A DNA stretch of 64,000 nt. It comes from an uncultured Candidatus Saccharibacteria bacterium. GTDB taxonomy: Bacteria > Patescibacteriota > WWE3 > UBA101185 > UBA10185. The first letter of the stretch is position 1; every line of letters begins with the position of its first letter. A program made the position numbers and the translations under genes. A model generated the notes under the pieces. It did no database searches, had not been told where the DNA came from, and saw nothing but the letters and a program-made list of their open reading frames with translations. The DNA lies in contig CAZEBU010000001.1 of assembly GCA_964510435.1 (NCBI GenBank), positions 234,503-298,502 on the forward strand, read 5' to 3'. Shown here in pieces: positions 35,761 through 45,801 of the stretch.

Positions 35761-37007
35761 TCTGAAAAATCAATAAGATCCTCGCACTCCTCCTTTTGCT
35801 CAGAAAAGTCTTGTTCATACTCTTCTTCCAAGTTATCCCAGGCCTCTCGACAGTTTTTATAAGCGTTAATGCTGCCAGTGATGTTGAGCTCATTGGATAG
35901 GAGAGCTATTCGTTTGCTGACAAATAGGTAAGTTTGCTTTAATTCAATAACCTGTGTGTAGGTTAGCAAGGAGTTTGTATATCCATCCCAGAGTTTATCT
36001 GCTATGTCTATTGCCTTTTCGATCTTGGCAAGGAGTTTATGAAGAAGATCTGAGTCCACGTTTTCCGAGTCAGCCGTTTTCTTCCAGCTGTTTAAGACGG
36101 CTTGGTCATGTATCTTCCTATTTTCCCAGAAAAGTACCTCTTCGTAATCATAAGGTATAGGGTCATTAGGATCTAAGTATTTTTGTGTATCGGGATATGT
36201 TTCGGGCCCATCCGTATTAGCTGCAATTTCTTTGTGGGTAGGTTCAGGAGGTATTTGGGGAGACCCCGTGTCTTTTTCGATCAAGTTTTTTACTACCTTT
36301 TTGGCGTAGTTAGAGGCAATGGCATAACCGATCCCTTCCGAAGGAGCGTTTTTATCGATCCAGCTGGTTTTCGAAGTATTAATGCCTATGACCCCGCACT
36401 TGTTTATCAGAGGGCCTCCTGAGTTCCCGGGATTTATGGGAGAATCAGTTTGCACCATGGGAACATTTTCGTTACCCAAAAAGGTATATCTGGAGAAAAC
36501 ACCCTTGGTGATAGTAGATTCTCCGTAAGGACTGTTAGGCCAGCCAATAGCAAAAACACTTTCAGCAAGTTCCAAATCCTGACTATCGGACCATTGGCAG
36601 GAAGTAAAACCGGGGTCTATTTTCAAAACGGCCAAATCATCTTCACTGACAAAGCCGACAATGCGGGATGAGTGAAAATCACCTTCATAAAACACATTGA
36701 CATAGCCATCTTTTGAGTCACTAATGACATGATAATTAGTGACCAAGTATCCTTTGGGATCGATCAAAAAACCTGTGCCGTGTTTCTCAACATCACCTAT
36801 GAGAAAAGTGCAGTATTTGGCCAAATTGAGACTCTCTTTTTCCGAACAAGTTATAACTGTGGTTTTTGGAATGGCAACGCTTTCCTGAGGTGCAAAATAA
36901 CCTTTTACAACGAATGTAAACACATAGATTGCAACAACCGATAATATAACAAGTAATAAAATCTTAATGTATCTTAGGAATTTTCTCATCTGCAGGTATT
37001 TTACCAC
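35757..37007 (-). CDS. Trypsin-like (S1/HtrA-type) serine protease with N-terminal TM anchor and acidic C-terminal domain
   Basis: TNYHVI (His), GNSGGPL (Ser) and a Asp context. N-terminal TM helix. Confidence 0.75.
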   Translation of the reverse strand: MVKYLQMRKFLRYIKILLLVILSVVAIYVFTFVVKGYFAPQESVAIPKTTVITCSEKESLNLAKYCTFLIGDVEKHGTGFLIDPKGYLVTNYHVISDSKDGYVNVFYEGDFHSSRIVGFVSEDDLAVLKIDPGFTSCQWSDSQDLELAESVFAIGWPNSPYGESTITKGVFSRYTFLGNENVPMVQTDSPINPGNSGGPLINKCGVIGINTSKTSWIDKNAPSEGIGYAIASNYAKKVVKNLIEKDTGSPQIPPEPTHKEIAANTDGPETYPDTQKYLDPNDPIPYDYEEVLFWENRKIHDQAVLNSWKKTADSENVDSDLLHKLLAKIEKAIDIADKLWDGYTNSLLTYTQVIELKQTYLFVSKRIALLSNELNITGSINAYKNCREAWDNLEEEYEQDFSEQKEECEDLIDFSD

Positions 37008-37493
37008 TTAGGTTATATTTACAATTTGTGGTTTGACTAGTTCTTGATAGTCGGAGGTTTTTATGGCTATGGATACTTTCTTGTCCCCTGCATTAAAAAT
37101 GATGACATCGTTTTCAAAGACTTTGTCATCAGTGTAAACCTCTAAGTTAAATAAATTACCAAAAGGGGGTACGCCGCCTAATTTAATACCACCCGTTATT
37201 TTGAGTACCTCATCTTTGGTGGCAAACCTAATATCTTTGGCTGTAAATAACTTTTTTGTCTTTTTTATATCAAATTTCAGATCTCCGGGAACAATTAACA
37301 TAACAAAAAACTTGACTCCCCCCGACTTTTTAATTCGTACGATAAGAGCTTTAGCCCCTTGTTTTAAAGTATATTGATCCGGACGGATCTCTGCGGCTTC
37401 CTCGCTGGTACGAACAGCTTTGTGCTCCATATAGTCGTACCACATATCATTTTCTTGCAAAAGATTTCTAATTTTACTAACGCAGCGGTGCAT
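37008..37493 (-). CDS. YbaK/ProX-like aminoacyl-tRNA deacylase domain protein
   Basis: Lys-containing core and C-terminal GGIKLGGVPPFG, typical of YbaK/ProX editing domains. Confidence 0.55.
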   Translation of the reverse strand: MHRCVSKIRNLLQENDMWYDYMEHKAVRTSEEAAEIRPDQYTLKQGAKALIVRIKKSGGVKFFVMLIVPGDLKFDIKKTKKLFTAKDIRFATKDEVLKITGGIKLGGVPPFGNLFNLEVYTDDKVFENDVIIFNAGDKKVSIAIKTSDYQELVKPQIVNIT

Positions 37494-37509
37494 ATTATTT
37501 AAAGAAAAT

Positions 37510-38619
37510 TTACTTAAATAGTGCGGCAGCCGTGTCCCAAAAATAGGGATTATTATTGACGTATTTTTCCCAGTACCACCACTCCACCCCCCAAAAGTAA
37601 TAATCTTTAAAACCGGCTTTTTGGGCGTAGGTGATGGTATCTATGAATTGGTGCCTAGACATGGTTTTGTTTTTTTCATCTTCGGAAAGCATGCTGTTAA
37701 TAGCAGGACCCCAAGGTTCGGATTGCAGTTCAGTGACAATGATCTTTTCCTGGGGTACGAGTGTGAGATCGGCCTTTATTTTATATGTCCAGTGAGCCAG
37801 TGGATATTTAAAGTAGATGAAGTTGCCTAAAAATATATGCCAAAAGTCGTACCACACTTTGCGGTACATGGAAATTCCTAAGATATCGCCAGCCTGAAAG
37901 GAAGGGAACCAAAAGCCTCCCTCCCCGCTATCCTGGATAACTATAGGGCGATCATCCAAAGTTCTTACTACTTCGATCTCCTTTAGAACCAATTCTCTGC
38001 TCAGACTGGGAACACACTCCCCAAATTTAAAGAAAGGCTCATTTTCTACCTGCCACTTATTGATGGATTCGTATCTTTTTAACTCTTCCACTGTAGTTTT
38101 AACGTATTCCAATAGTTCGATGTTTTTAAACTCTTCATTTTCTAACTCGCGCCACCAGCGGGGTTCAAAACATTCAGGGTATCTGGGGACTTTGCGTCCC
38201 AAGGTGAGTATGACGTTTGCCCCTCGTTTTTCAGCCTCATCCAGCTGCCAAATGATATCTTCGTAATTGTATTCATCCCTCTCTTTCTCAATGTCGTCCC
38301 AATAGGCTATCAATCTGATATCCCGGACTTCCAGATCGTCCAAGATAGCTAGGTACACTTCTTTCCAATCCAGCTCCAACTGATTGGTATACTTTTTGCT
38401 GAAAGTTACCCCGTAAGTGATGTTTTTCTGTACTTTAGGACGGTAGAAAAAGAAGATAATGATGGGGGCAACTGTGAGGAGAATAAGGAAGACAACAATT
38501 ACTTTAATGATATGTAGGTTGAAGATATTTTTAAGGAGTTTTTTGGCTAGCTTTAATTCTTTAACTTCTTGAGAAACCTTTTTCCTTTTAAGTAATTTTA
38601 GAATATCGGGCAGCTTCAT
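37510..38619 (-). CDS. Membrane-anchored TIM-barrel glycoside hydrolase-like protein (GH5-like NEP motif)
   Basis: N-terminal TM helix. VENEPF motif. Co-oriented with and 1 nt from the GH1 gene. Confidence 0.4.
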   Translation of the reverse strand: MKLPDILKLLKRKKVSQEVKELKLAKKLLKNIFNLHIIKVIVVFLILLTVAPIIIFFFYRPKVQKNITYGVTFSKKYTNQLELDWKEVYLAILDDLEVRDIRLIAYWDDIEKERDEYNYEDIIWQLDEAEKRGANVILTLGRKVPRYPECFEPRWWRELENEEFKNIELLEYVKTTVEELKRYESINKWQVENEPFFKFGECVPSLSRELVLKEIEVVRTLDDRPIVIQDSGEGGFWFPSFQAGDILGISMYRKVWYDFWHIFLGNFIYFKYPLAHWTYKIKADLTLVPQEKIIVTELQSEPWGPAINSMLSEDEKNKTMSRHQFIDTITYAQKAGFKDYYFWGVEWWYWEKYVNNNPYFWDTAAALFK

Positions 38620-38620
38620 T

Positions 38621-39814
38621 TTACCTACTTATAGTACCACTTTTACATATTTTAGCGTATTCATAAAATGACGGTCTAGGCTTTCTTTGTAGGTTATTCT
38701 CCCTGTCAATCTCTACCAAACCGAAACGGGGGCGGTAACCCTCCGCCCATTCATAATTGTCAATGAGAGACCAGTGGAAGTAGCCTTTTAAGTCAACTCC
38801 CTTATCTCTAGCCTGGGCGCAGCTTTTTAGTATCCCCCTGAGGTACCAGGTTCTATATTTGTCTTGTGCATCCGCCAGTCCGTTTTCGGTGATATAAATG
38901 GGGATCTGGTATCTTTTTAAGTCTAAAAGCACTTTTTTGATGCCTTTTGTTTCCAACCACCAACCTAAGTCGGAAATCTTATCGTTGGGGTTTTGGATCC
39001 TCAAATTTTTAAGTTTATTCGAAAAATAGTAGTTTAAGCCAAGGAAATCAAGCTCATCTTTAATTGGTTTTAAGAAAAAGTCATTATTTAAAAAACGCAG
39101 AATACCGGAGGCTACCTTGTCCAAAGGGTTTTTGCTACTGGAGGAAGGTTCGTACCAGGCGATATTTTTTACCAAACCTACAGGGTAATTAGCCACCTCT
39201 TTTATAGCCAAGTAGGCTTTTTGGTGAGCCCGGCGCATATTTTTTTGCACCAAAAGAACTTTGAAAGGATTGTGGCTTTGAGGTACCCAGCGTGCTAGTA
39301 AAAAAGCAAGCAGGGAATAGACCTGGGGCTCATTAACGGTGATGTAGAAATCGATCATATCTCTAAATTCCTCGGCACATTTTTTAGTGTACTTGGCAAA
39401 GTGATTAGTGACCTTTGGATTAACCCAGCCGCCCATATCCGCTATCCAAACTGGGTTTGTAAAGTGGTGCAAAGTAACAAAGGTCTTTAACCCGCGATCT
39501 TTAGCTGCCTGTAGAACCTTTTTATAGTGTGCCAGCTCTTTTTGGTCGAATTTCCCCGGTTCCGGTTCAAGACGAGCCCACTCCAGACCGATACGTATGG
39601 CGTTGTTGTTAAGTTCTACGGCTAGATCAAAATCTTCTTCGAATCTGCGGTAAGAATCACAGGCTAGCAAGGATGGTTCCAGAGGCCACTTACCCTTGTT
39701 TTTATTTCTGTGCTCCCATGCCCACCAGTCACTTTTTTTATTATTGCCCTCAATTTGGTAGGCAGAGGTGGCCGTACCCCACAAAAAGTCTTTAGGGAAT
39801 TGATAAGACTTCAT
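38621..39814 (-). CDS. Glycoside hydrolase family 1 beta-glucosidase
   Basis: FPKDFLWGTATSAYQIEG N-terminal signature. TLHHFTNPVW, VNEPQV (acid/base) and YITENG (nucleophile) motifs. Confidence 0.9.
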   Translation of the reverse strand: MKSYQFPKDFLWGTATSAYQIEGNNKKSDWWAWEHRNKNKGKWPLEPSLLACDSYRRFEEDFDLAVELNNNAIRIGLEWARLEPEPGKFDQKELAHYKKVLQAAKDRGLKTFVTLHHFTNPVWIADMGGWVNPKVTNHFAKYTKKCAEEFRDMIDFYITVNEPQVYSLLAFLLARWVPQSHNPFKVLLVQKNMRRAHQKAYLAIKEVANYPVGLVKNIAWYEPSSSSKNPLDKVASGILRFLNNDFFLKPIKDELDFLGLNYYFSNKLKNLRIQNPNDKISDLGWWLETKGIKKVLLDLKRYQIPIYITENGLADAQDKYRTWYLRGILKSCAQARDKGVDLKGYFHWSLIDNYEWAEGYRPRFGLVEIDRENNLQRKPRPSFYEYAKICKSGTISR

Positions 39815-39855
39815 ATTTTAAGTATACATTTCAGAAGAGATGAAAGTTAGGTATA

Positions 39856-40464
39856 TTATGGGGTCAGGTTAGTTATCGTGTCAGTGGTTTCATCCTGATT
39901 TAATCCGTTTTCTTCCGCGGATGGTTCTTCAAACTCCCCACACCTTATTTCGATGTTTAAAGCTTCTGTTTTTGTTGCTTCTGCCACCTCTTTGTCTATT
40001 AGGCTACGCACGATACATACTATGTGGCTCCCTAAATATCCGTATTTTCTTCCGGAAGTATCTGCCTCCAGATTAATGGCGTCTTGCTCAAAACCATTCT
40101 CCTCTAAATATACCAGCAAAGCCTCTTCCACCTTTGAACTCGTGTTGGTAATAATCAGGCCCTTGCCAACGATTTCCGTGGAAGAATCAGGGGTATTCCA
40201 GGCAAAGCTGGCGTCCACTATTTCAATAATCTGTAACTCTGCAATTGCGCCAAGAATGCGCAGCAAATTATCAATTTCGTAATCAATTTCATTTTCGAAC
40301 AATCTTACTGACTGGTTTTCGGGAATTTCGCTGGAGGTGGTTTCAGGTACCTCGCTTTGTGTTCCTTTAGTATCTCTGCTGGTGTTGGAAATATAGTTCA
40401 CACCCAGAAAACCCACAAGTATGACAATGAAGGCAGTGAATAGTGCTGTAATTTTGGTCCTCAT
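39856..40464 (-). CDS. Hypothetical membrane-anchored protein
   Basis: N-terminal TM anchor. Acidic extracytoplasmic region. Confidence 0.4.
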   Translation of the reverse strand: MRTKITALFTAFIVILVGFLGVNYISNTSRDTKGTQSEVPETTSSEIPENQSVRLFENEIDYEIDNLLRILGAIAELQIIEIVDASFAWNTPDSSTEIVGKGLIITNTSSKVEEALLVYLEENGFEQDAINLEADTSGRKYGYLGSHIVCIVRSLIDKEVAEATKTEALNIEIRCGEFEEPSAEENGLNQDETTDTITNLTP

Positions 40465-40699
40465 CTAATATTCGTTATTGGACAGGAATTTTAGCGCCAT
40501 AATAGCGTACAGTATGGCACTAAAGAAGATAGCAAACCAACCGAAGAAAATTAAGCCCTCGTTGCTAGACCTAATAGCATCAAAAGCCATCAAATCTATG
40601 CCTAATAAAACTAAGAATGATAATGGTATTAGTAGTTTACCCATCGCCTATATTATATAGAATTTTTACCGGAAAAGTAAACAGGGGAGAAAAGAGGTG

Positions 40700-40763
40700 G
40701 ATAAAAAGTAACACCCAGCACGGAACAAGCACTCGCCGAAGCGAAGAGTCCCGTGCCGGGTGT
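40700..40763 (-). terminator. Rho-independent terminator for the 40784..41191 gene
   Basis: Long hairpin ACACCCAGCACGG...CCGTGCCGGGTGT with an inner CGCC/GGCG stem. On the minus strand it is followed by TACTTTTTAT. Confidence 0.5.
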
Positions 40764-40783
40764 CGTGGAGAGGAGGAGGAGAG

Positions 40784-41191
40784 CTACGGAAGATACTTAA
40801 GATCAAGAACTTTGAGTGAAAGGTGTTCTGCAGAGTATCCCCAAGACAATGAGGTACCATCCTTGCAATCAATGGGTCCAACAGCAATGAATGGGATTTC
40901 CCAAACAGCGTTATACCCACGATCCAAGATCACTGCTACCTGATTCCCGTCGACTATGCAAGGTTGCGACCTCGGGTCGTCAACGGGGTGCTGATTGAAC
41001 TCCTCGTAGAAACGCATAGAATCCTTGATTTCCACGATATCCTCCACATCTCCTGTTTGAAAGGGGTTGCAGGCGCTAGACAGCGCTAATGATACGAGCA
41101 AAACCCCAGAGAGAAAAAAGACCTTCCTCGTGTGCCACATCTGAGCACCTCCTGATACTTTATTATTTGTAGGTCTTTTGCCTAGGTTCAA
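40784..41191 (-). CDS. Small secreted/lipoprotein-like hypothetical protein (start probably at the internal Met, MWHTRKVFFLSG...)
   Basis: Signal peptide followed by Cys (..LALSSAC). Terminator downstream. Confidence 0.45.
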   Translation of the reverse strand: MNLGKRPTNNKVSGGAQMWHTRKVFFLSGVLLVSLALSSACNPFQTGDVEDIVEIKDSMRFYEEFNQHPVDDPRSQPCIVDGNQVAVILDRGYNAVWEIPFIAVGPIDCKDGTSLSWGYSAEHLSLKVLDLKYLP

Positions 41192-41248
41192 ACCACATTA
41201 TATCCTATAGTTATATATGTGTAAAGCGTTGGAAGGAGAGCGTTATAG

Positions 41249-42622
41249 TTAGAACAAGAAAAAGTAACTGGCAAAACTCGCGCCTATGATAAGAAGCATG
41301 GAAACAAAGAATTTGCGTGAGAACTCCTTTTTAGCTTGAAAAAAGGCATAGAGAGACTTGCTTAAAAGATTAGCAGCGTTGACAAAAAGGAAAACAAACA
41401 AGGCAGATTCGGGAGTTATAGTTTTCTCTGCTAACTCGGCAAGGTTGATCACTACCGCATCTATTCCTGTGAGGGAAGCCATAACGGAGGTAATCAAAAA
41501 TCCTGATTGCCCAAATATAATCAAGGCTGATTTTGTTAAGGCTCTAATGAAAACCAGCAGCAAGGCAAACTTTATGGCTGGTTTGAGGGAGAATATTTTC
41601 TGATCCTCTTTCTCCTCTTTTGGCACCACTTCCTCCGGAGTTTGATGTATTTCCGAGACTACTTTTGTTTTCTTGTGATCGGTAAAGTAGAAAAATAACC
41701 CAATCAGCAGGGAAGGAATAATAATGGCAAGTAAAGTTGGCGTAATAAATACTAACCACTTGGTGTTCAAAGAGGCTACCAGTATAAAGACTTGGAAGAA
41801 ACTGGTTAAGTTAGCAAAGATAGCTGCGGAAACCAGAGTGTTTATTTTCGAGGATCTTTTGCTTTTTTGCGCCAAGGAAATAGTAGTGGATGTAGAAGAG
41901 ATAAAGCCGCCCACAGAACTGATGAGTACGATACTCTTTTTATCTCCGGTAATTTTTTTCAAAGTGTGCCCAAAGATATTTATTCCCGTGATGATAGCTA
42001 CAATGAACCACAGCCTAAAAGGATTGATCAGCTCTAGTTGTTCGAAAAAGTGAAGGTTGGCATTATAAGCTTCTAAAACAGCCCGTATTGAGGGGATGTC
42101 GGTCAGGTGGTAGGCTTGATTTGGCAAGAAGGGCAGGATGACCAGCGCAATAATAGCAAAACCTATGAAAGCGTCAATTTCGGTGCGTTTTATACCCAAA
42201 ATAAGGTTATGACTCTTTTCTTTCACCGAAAGTATCAACTGAATAACAATAGTAATGGCTATGACCAGCTGAACAGGAAAGATTTCCGAAGTGACAAAAT
42301 ATCCAACCAAAAATGAAAATATGCCGCCTAGCTCTGTAGTTAATCCCATGGATTTTATCATCCAGCCCCCCAAACCATAGTAGATAAAGATGAGTATGAA
42401 AAAGGAAACGGTAATGATTATAGAGAGATAGATATTTCCGTACAAGCTTAATAGTCCGGCAACAGCCCCCAGTAAGGAGATAAGAGAATAAGTCCTTAAA
42501 CCCCACATGTCTCCGGATTCCTTACGGGTTTCAGTATCGGTGGCGGATTCTCGTTCTAAACCTATGAGGCCGCCAAGCACAATGGCCAACAGAAGTTTAA
42601 GAGGCAGTGTTAAAGCTTCCAT
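41249..42622 (-). CDS. MgtC-family N-terminal domain fused to DUF4010-like polytopic membrane domain
   Basis: N-terminal LGGLIGLERE signature of MgtC/SapB. About 12 TM helices. Confidence 0.55.
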   Translation of the reverse strand: MEALTLPLKLLLAIVLGGLIGLERESATDTETRKESGDMWGLRTYSLISLLGAVAGLLSLYGNIYLSIIITVSFFILIFIYYGLGGWMIKSMGLTTELGGIFSFLVGYFVTSEIFPVQLVIAITIVIQLILSVKEKSHNLILGIKRTEIDAFIGFAIIALVILPFLPNQAYHLTDIPSIRAVLEAYNANLHFFEQLELINPFRLWFIVAIITGINIFGHTLKKITGDKKSIVLISSVGGFISSTSTTISLAQKSKRSSKINTLVSAAIFANLTSFFQVFILVASLNTKWLVFITPTLLAIIIPSLLIGLFFYFTDHKKTKVVSEIHQTPEEVVPKEEKEDQKIFSLKPAIKFALLLVFIRALTKSALIIFGQSGFLITSVMASLTGIDAVVINLAELAEKTITPESALFVFLFVNAANLLSKSLYAFFQAKKEFSRKFFVSMLLIIGASFASYFFLF

Positions 42623-42663
42623 TAACTAACTATAAAAAAGTATTACTCTTTTGTCTATGAAAG

Positions 42664-44049
42664 TTAATTTACCAAGTTGCTTACAGCGTTAACCAACTCC
42701 TGATAATTAAAGTACCTGTAGAGCTCATCCCGCCAGTTGACTGATGTGATGTTTACCATTGGGTCAACGCCCTTCCCTTCTATAGGTACGCCGTCTTCTC
42801 TTAAGGTTAAACTATGTACTAAAAGCACCGAATAAGTTTCGTTTTCCGGATCCAGCTGGTTATTGAGTTTAAAGACACTTTCTACGCTGCCCCAGCCCTT
42901 GGTAGGCTCACCGACAACAACACCCACATTATATTTTTTAAGCACAGAAGCAAAAACCTCCGCAGAAGATTGAGCCTCTCCGTCTATTAATATAACCACT
43001 TTCTTATATCTTATTAAGCTAGTCATCCAGCCTGTTTTGGTAGTAAAGTCCTCTTTTTCTCCTCTGCTGAAAAATTGATAGGCGTATTGATTGGGGCCAA
43101 TAAAAGGGCCTAAGAAATAAGGCAGTCCGTCAATTGCACCTCCAATGTTTCCTCTAAGATCAATGATAAGTGTATCGAGTTCATTTCCTTGATCCACTTT
43201 GTCCATGACACGCTGTAATTCTTCAACCGTGGTGGGTGAAAATTTGGTGATGTGAATGTAGAAAATCCTTGGTGAAATAAGTCTATTTTCTATGGTGGGG
43301 TCAACGCCTAACTCGTCGTAGACGTTTTTATTTCCGGAGTCTCCCAAAACCTCAAAGGCTTTTTCCAGCACAACTTTTTCTTGCTTGACTTCCGGCGTCT
43401 GTTCTTTCTGATTTAATTCCGCAACTTTATTTTGATAGGCAAGTGCCACCGCCTCAATGGATGCTTCTTTCTCTACCTCAAGGGAATCGTAATGGTTTAC
43501 GTTAGGATTTATGTTCTTTACCGTATCGGCAAGCTCTTTTTGTTTTTTTGAATTGTAAAGTCTACTCCTTCCAAAAGGTTCCAGGTTGGCTAGTATAATA
43601 TCGGATAGCTGAACCGTAAATTCTTTCTTTTCTTCCTCCGTCATATCCCTCATAGTTTCTTTAAGAAGTGTCCCAAGTGCGTCTCTCGTAGCGGGAGCCG
43701 CGGGAATTGCTTCCTCTGTTAGTTTCTCTATGGCTAATTTTGCTACATTTCCTAACTGCTCGTCGCTGAGGTTGTTCCAGTGCTTGTTTTTAATGAGATC
43801 ATAAATTTCGAAGAAAAAAGCAGTGTATTTATCATCATCTACCGTTCTTGTTCCGGCAATATCATCAAAAATGGAACTGTCCGGAAGAACATCCTCCCAC
43901 TTATTACCAAGAGGAGACTCCCTTCCCATTACGGTAATAACGGTAATGGTCAAAACAGCGATAATAGTAATGATCTGCTTTCTCTTGAGTTCGATCTTTT
44001 TTATGTTTAGCTTAGGAATACTAAATTTAAATTTAGGCAAACGTTTCAT
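42664..44049 (-). CDS. C-terminal processing (S41, tail-specific) peptidase, membrane anchored
   Basis: GGAIDGLPYFLGPF and DGEAQSSAEVFA (Ser nucleophile region) motifs. N-terminal TM helix. Confidence 0.7.
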   Translation of the reverse strand: MKRLPKFKFSIPKLNIKKIELKRKQIITIIAVLTITVITVMGRESPLGNKWEDVLPDSSIFDDIAGTRTVDDDKYTAFFFEIYDLIKNKHWNNLSDEQLGNVAKLAIEKLTEEAIPAAPATRDALGTLLKETMRDMTEEEKKEFTVQLSDIILANLEPFGRSRLYNSKKQKELADTVKNINPNVNHYDSLEVEKEASIEAVALAYQNKVAELNQKEQTPEVKQEKVVLEKAFEVLGDSGNKNVYDELGVDPTIENRLISPRIFYIHITKFSPTTVEELQRVMDKVDQGNELDTLIIDLRGNIGGAIDGLPYFLGPFIGPNQYAYQFFSRGEKEDFTTKTGWMTSLIRYKKVVILIDGEAQSSAEVFASVLKKYNVGVVVGEPTKGWGSVESVFKLNNQLDPENETYSVLLVHSLTLREDGVPIEGKGVDPMVNITSVNWRDELYRYFNYQELVNAVSNLVN

Positions 44050-44112
44050 ATCTTAAATAATATAACACACATGTTGTAACGGAAATAATAAAAGGCTAAG
44101 ATGTTTTACTAC

Positions 44113-44445
44113 TTAGAATCTAGTCAACGTAATAAGGACAAGCGTTACAAAAAAGAACAACCACACCGCGGTGTAAGTTACTAATCTTATGGCACTTTGC
44201 GTATCTTTGTGGTCCCAAAAGAGAATTATTGGATATCCAAAAGCCAGCAAGGCACAAATAAGTACTGATGCTACAAGAAGCGCCAAAAATAATAAAGGCC
44301 CAAGGAAAGTTCTTATTGGACCAAAGAACTCGCTACTTATCCAGATCAGGAAACCTACCAAGCTGCAATAAAGAAAGATCCCAAAAGCTTGTAAGAATCC
44401 AAGAAAAGTTAGAGAAAACCTCGACAATTTTTTAAAAGGAATCAT
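44113..44445 (-). CDS. Small polytopic membrane protein
   Basis: 110 aa with 3–4 TM helices. Confidence 0.4.
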   Translation of the reverse strand: MIPFKKLSRFSLTFLGFLQAFGIFLYCSLVGFLIWISSEFFGPIRTFLGPLLFLALLVASVLICALLAFGYPIILFWDHKDTQSAIRLVTYTAVWLFFFVTLVLITLTRF

Positions 44446-44473
44446 CTTGATTAGATTATATCACTTTAGGAAC

Positions 44474-44974
44474 TTAAAAATTAACCGTATCGCCTACACC
44501 GGTACCGTTTTCTATTGACCATCCGCCGTTTACCTCTAAAACATACATCACAGGATACTTTGAACTGTAAGAGAGACAGGGACTTTCCAAGCAGGGCAGC
44601 GCGCTGTGTTCTATGTGGACTATTTTTTTATCTTTGTTAACCCAGATGATATCCAGGGGGATTTTGGTATTCTTCATCCAGAAGGAACGGCGAGATTCGT
44701 TATCGAAAATAAAAAGCATGCCATCATTTTGTGCGAGGTTTCTTCGAAACATCAAACCCAAAGAGCGCTCTTTGTTGTTGACGGCCACCTCTGCATTAAT
44801 AGTCGTGTTGTTTATTTGCACCGGTATTTTGTTTTCATCATTACTTTTAGTGAGGGACAGATAGGCTATAAGTAAGATAACGGCAAGAAAAAATGCATGT
44901 GCAGCCTTAAATTCGTATTTTGGCCTCTTTTTTGTTCGAAAGGATACCAGTTTTCTTAACTTTGAAAAACACAT
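44474..44974 (-). CDS. DUF192 (COG1430) family protein with N-terminal anchor
   Basis: LGLMFR...GMLFIF...FWMKNTKIPLDIIW pattern typical of DUF192. Confidence 0.55.
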   Translation of the reverse strand: MCFSKLRKLVSFRTKKRPKYEFKAAHAFFLAVILLIAYLSLTKSNDENKIPVQINNTTINAEVAVNNKERSLGLMFRRNLAQNDGMLFIFDNESRRSFWMKNTKIPLDIIWVNKDKKIVHIEHSALPCLESPCLSYSSKYPVMYVLEVNGGWSIENGTGVGDTVNF

Positions 44975-45102
44975 TAGTTATAAAATTTTAACAAACAAAA
45001 CTGTGTAAATTAATGATCTATTTTTTAAACAAGATTTTCCCTATAACCATTATCATTTATTTAGTTGCTTAGTTTTTTTGGATATTTTGATATAATTTTC
45101 CT

Positions 45103-45393
45103 ATGGCAGAAAAATTAAAAAAAGAAGGGAAACCAAAAGGCAAAAAATTTAAGGTACTTCTTATTGCCCTAGGCGCCTTTGTCCTACTTGTACTAATAGG
45201 AGTGCTCACGGGAGTCATTCGTACAGATACCGATGGCAACTACTGCAATAAGTATGTTATAGATAATTACACTACGGAAGAGGGAATAAAAGAGGAAGTC
45301 TTTGTGAAAAGATTTAACGAATGTCTGGAAAGCCGGGGTGTGACACAAGAGTATTGGTTAAGACCAAGCTCATTTACCCCTCCAAATAGATAG
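45103..45393 (+). CDS. Small membrane-anchored hypothetical protein
   Basis: Lys-rich N-terminus followed by a TM helix. Confidence 0.4.
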   Translation: MAEKLKKEGKPKGKKFKVLLIALGAFVLLVLIGVLTGVIRTDTDGNYCNKYVIDNYTTEEGIKEEVFVKRFNECLESRGVTQEYWLRPSSFTPPNR

Positions 45394-45418
45394 CGGCTTT
45401 AGGTGTAACAGGAAGCTA

Positions 45419-45667
45419 TTAGGCAAGAAAAACCTCATCACCGTCTCTGACTTTTTCCGCAACCTTTATACCCACCTCCTGGCCCTTTTTAGCCTTTTCA
45501 ATATCTTTGCGGTCGTATTGCATTTGGGCAACTTCTTGCTCCACGTCTGTAGTGTGGCCGACAATTTTGATAGTATCACCCACTTTTAAATCAGCACCTA
45601 GTTTGATAATGCCTACTCCGAGATCTGTATAATAATGTGTTATTTCGCCTATCTTTTTATCTGGCAT
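45419..45667 (-). CDS. Small beta-barrel protein resembling EF-Tu domain 2
   Basis: 82 aa. The GDTIKIVG...GQEVGIKV pattern recalls translation-factor beta-barrel domains. Confidence 0.35.
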   Translation of the reverse strand: MPDKKIGEITHYYTDLGVGIIKLGADLKVGDTIKIVGHTTDVEQEVAQMQYDRKDIEKAKKGQEVGIKVAEKVRDGDEVFLA

Positions 45668-45734
45668 TTACTACACCCCCTTTTAGGAAAGTACAATTAC
45701 TGCCATTATATCAGGAAATAACAAATGTAGTAGT

Positions 45735-45772
45735 AAAAAAGGGCACCGCCTGATTGGTTATCAGTGGTGCCC
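45735..45772 (-). terminator. Rho-independent terminator for the FBP aldolase/phosphatase gene
   Basis: Stem GGGCACC...GGTGCCC. On the minus strand it is followed by TTTTTT. Confidence 0.55.
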
Positions 45773-45801
45773 AGGTGGGCTAGGTGTGAATTTGCATTTT
45801 G

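Noticed and set aside
40617-40943. ORFs 40617..40943(+) and 40666..40920(-)
   Set aside because: They overlap the terminator hairpin and the 3' end of the 40784..41191 gene. The GC-rich hairpin keeps the frames open artificially.
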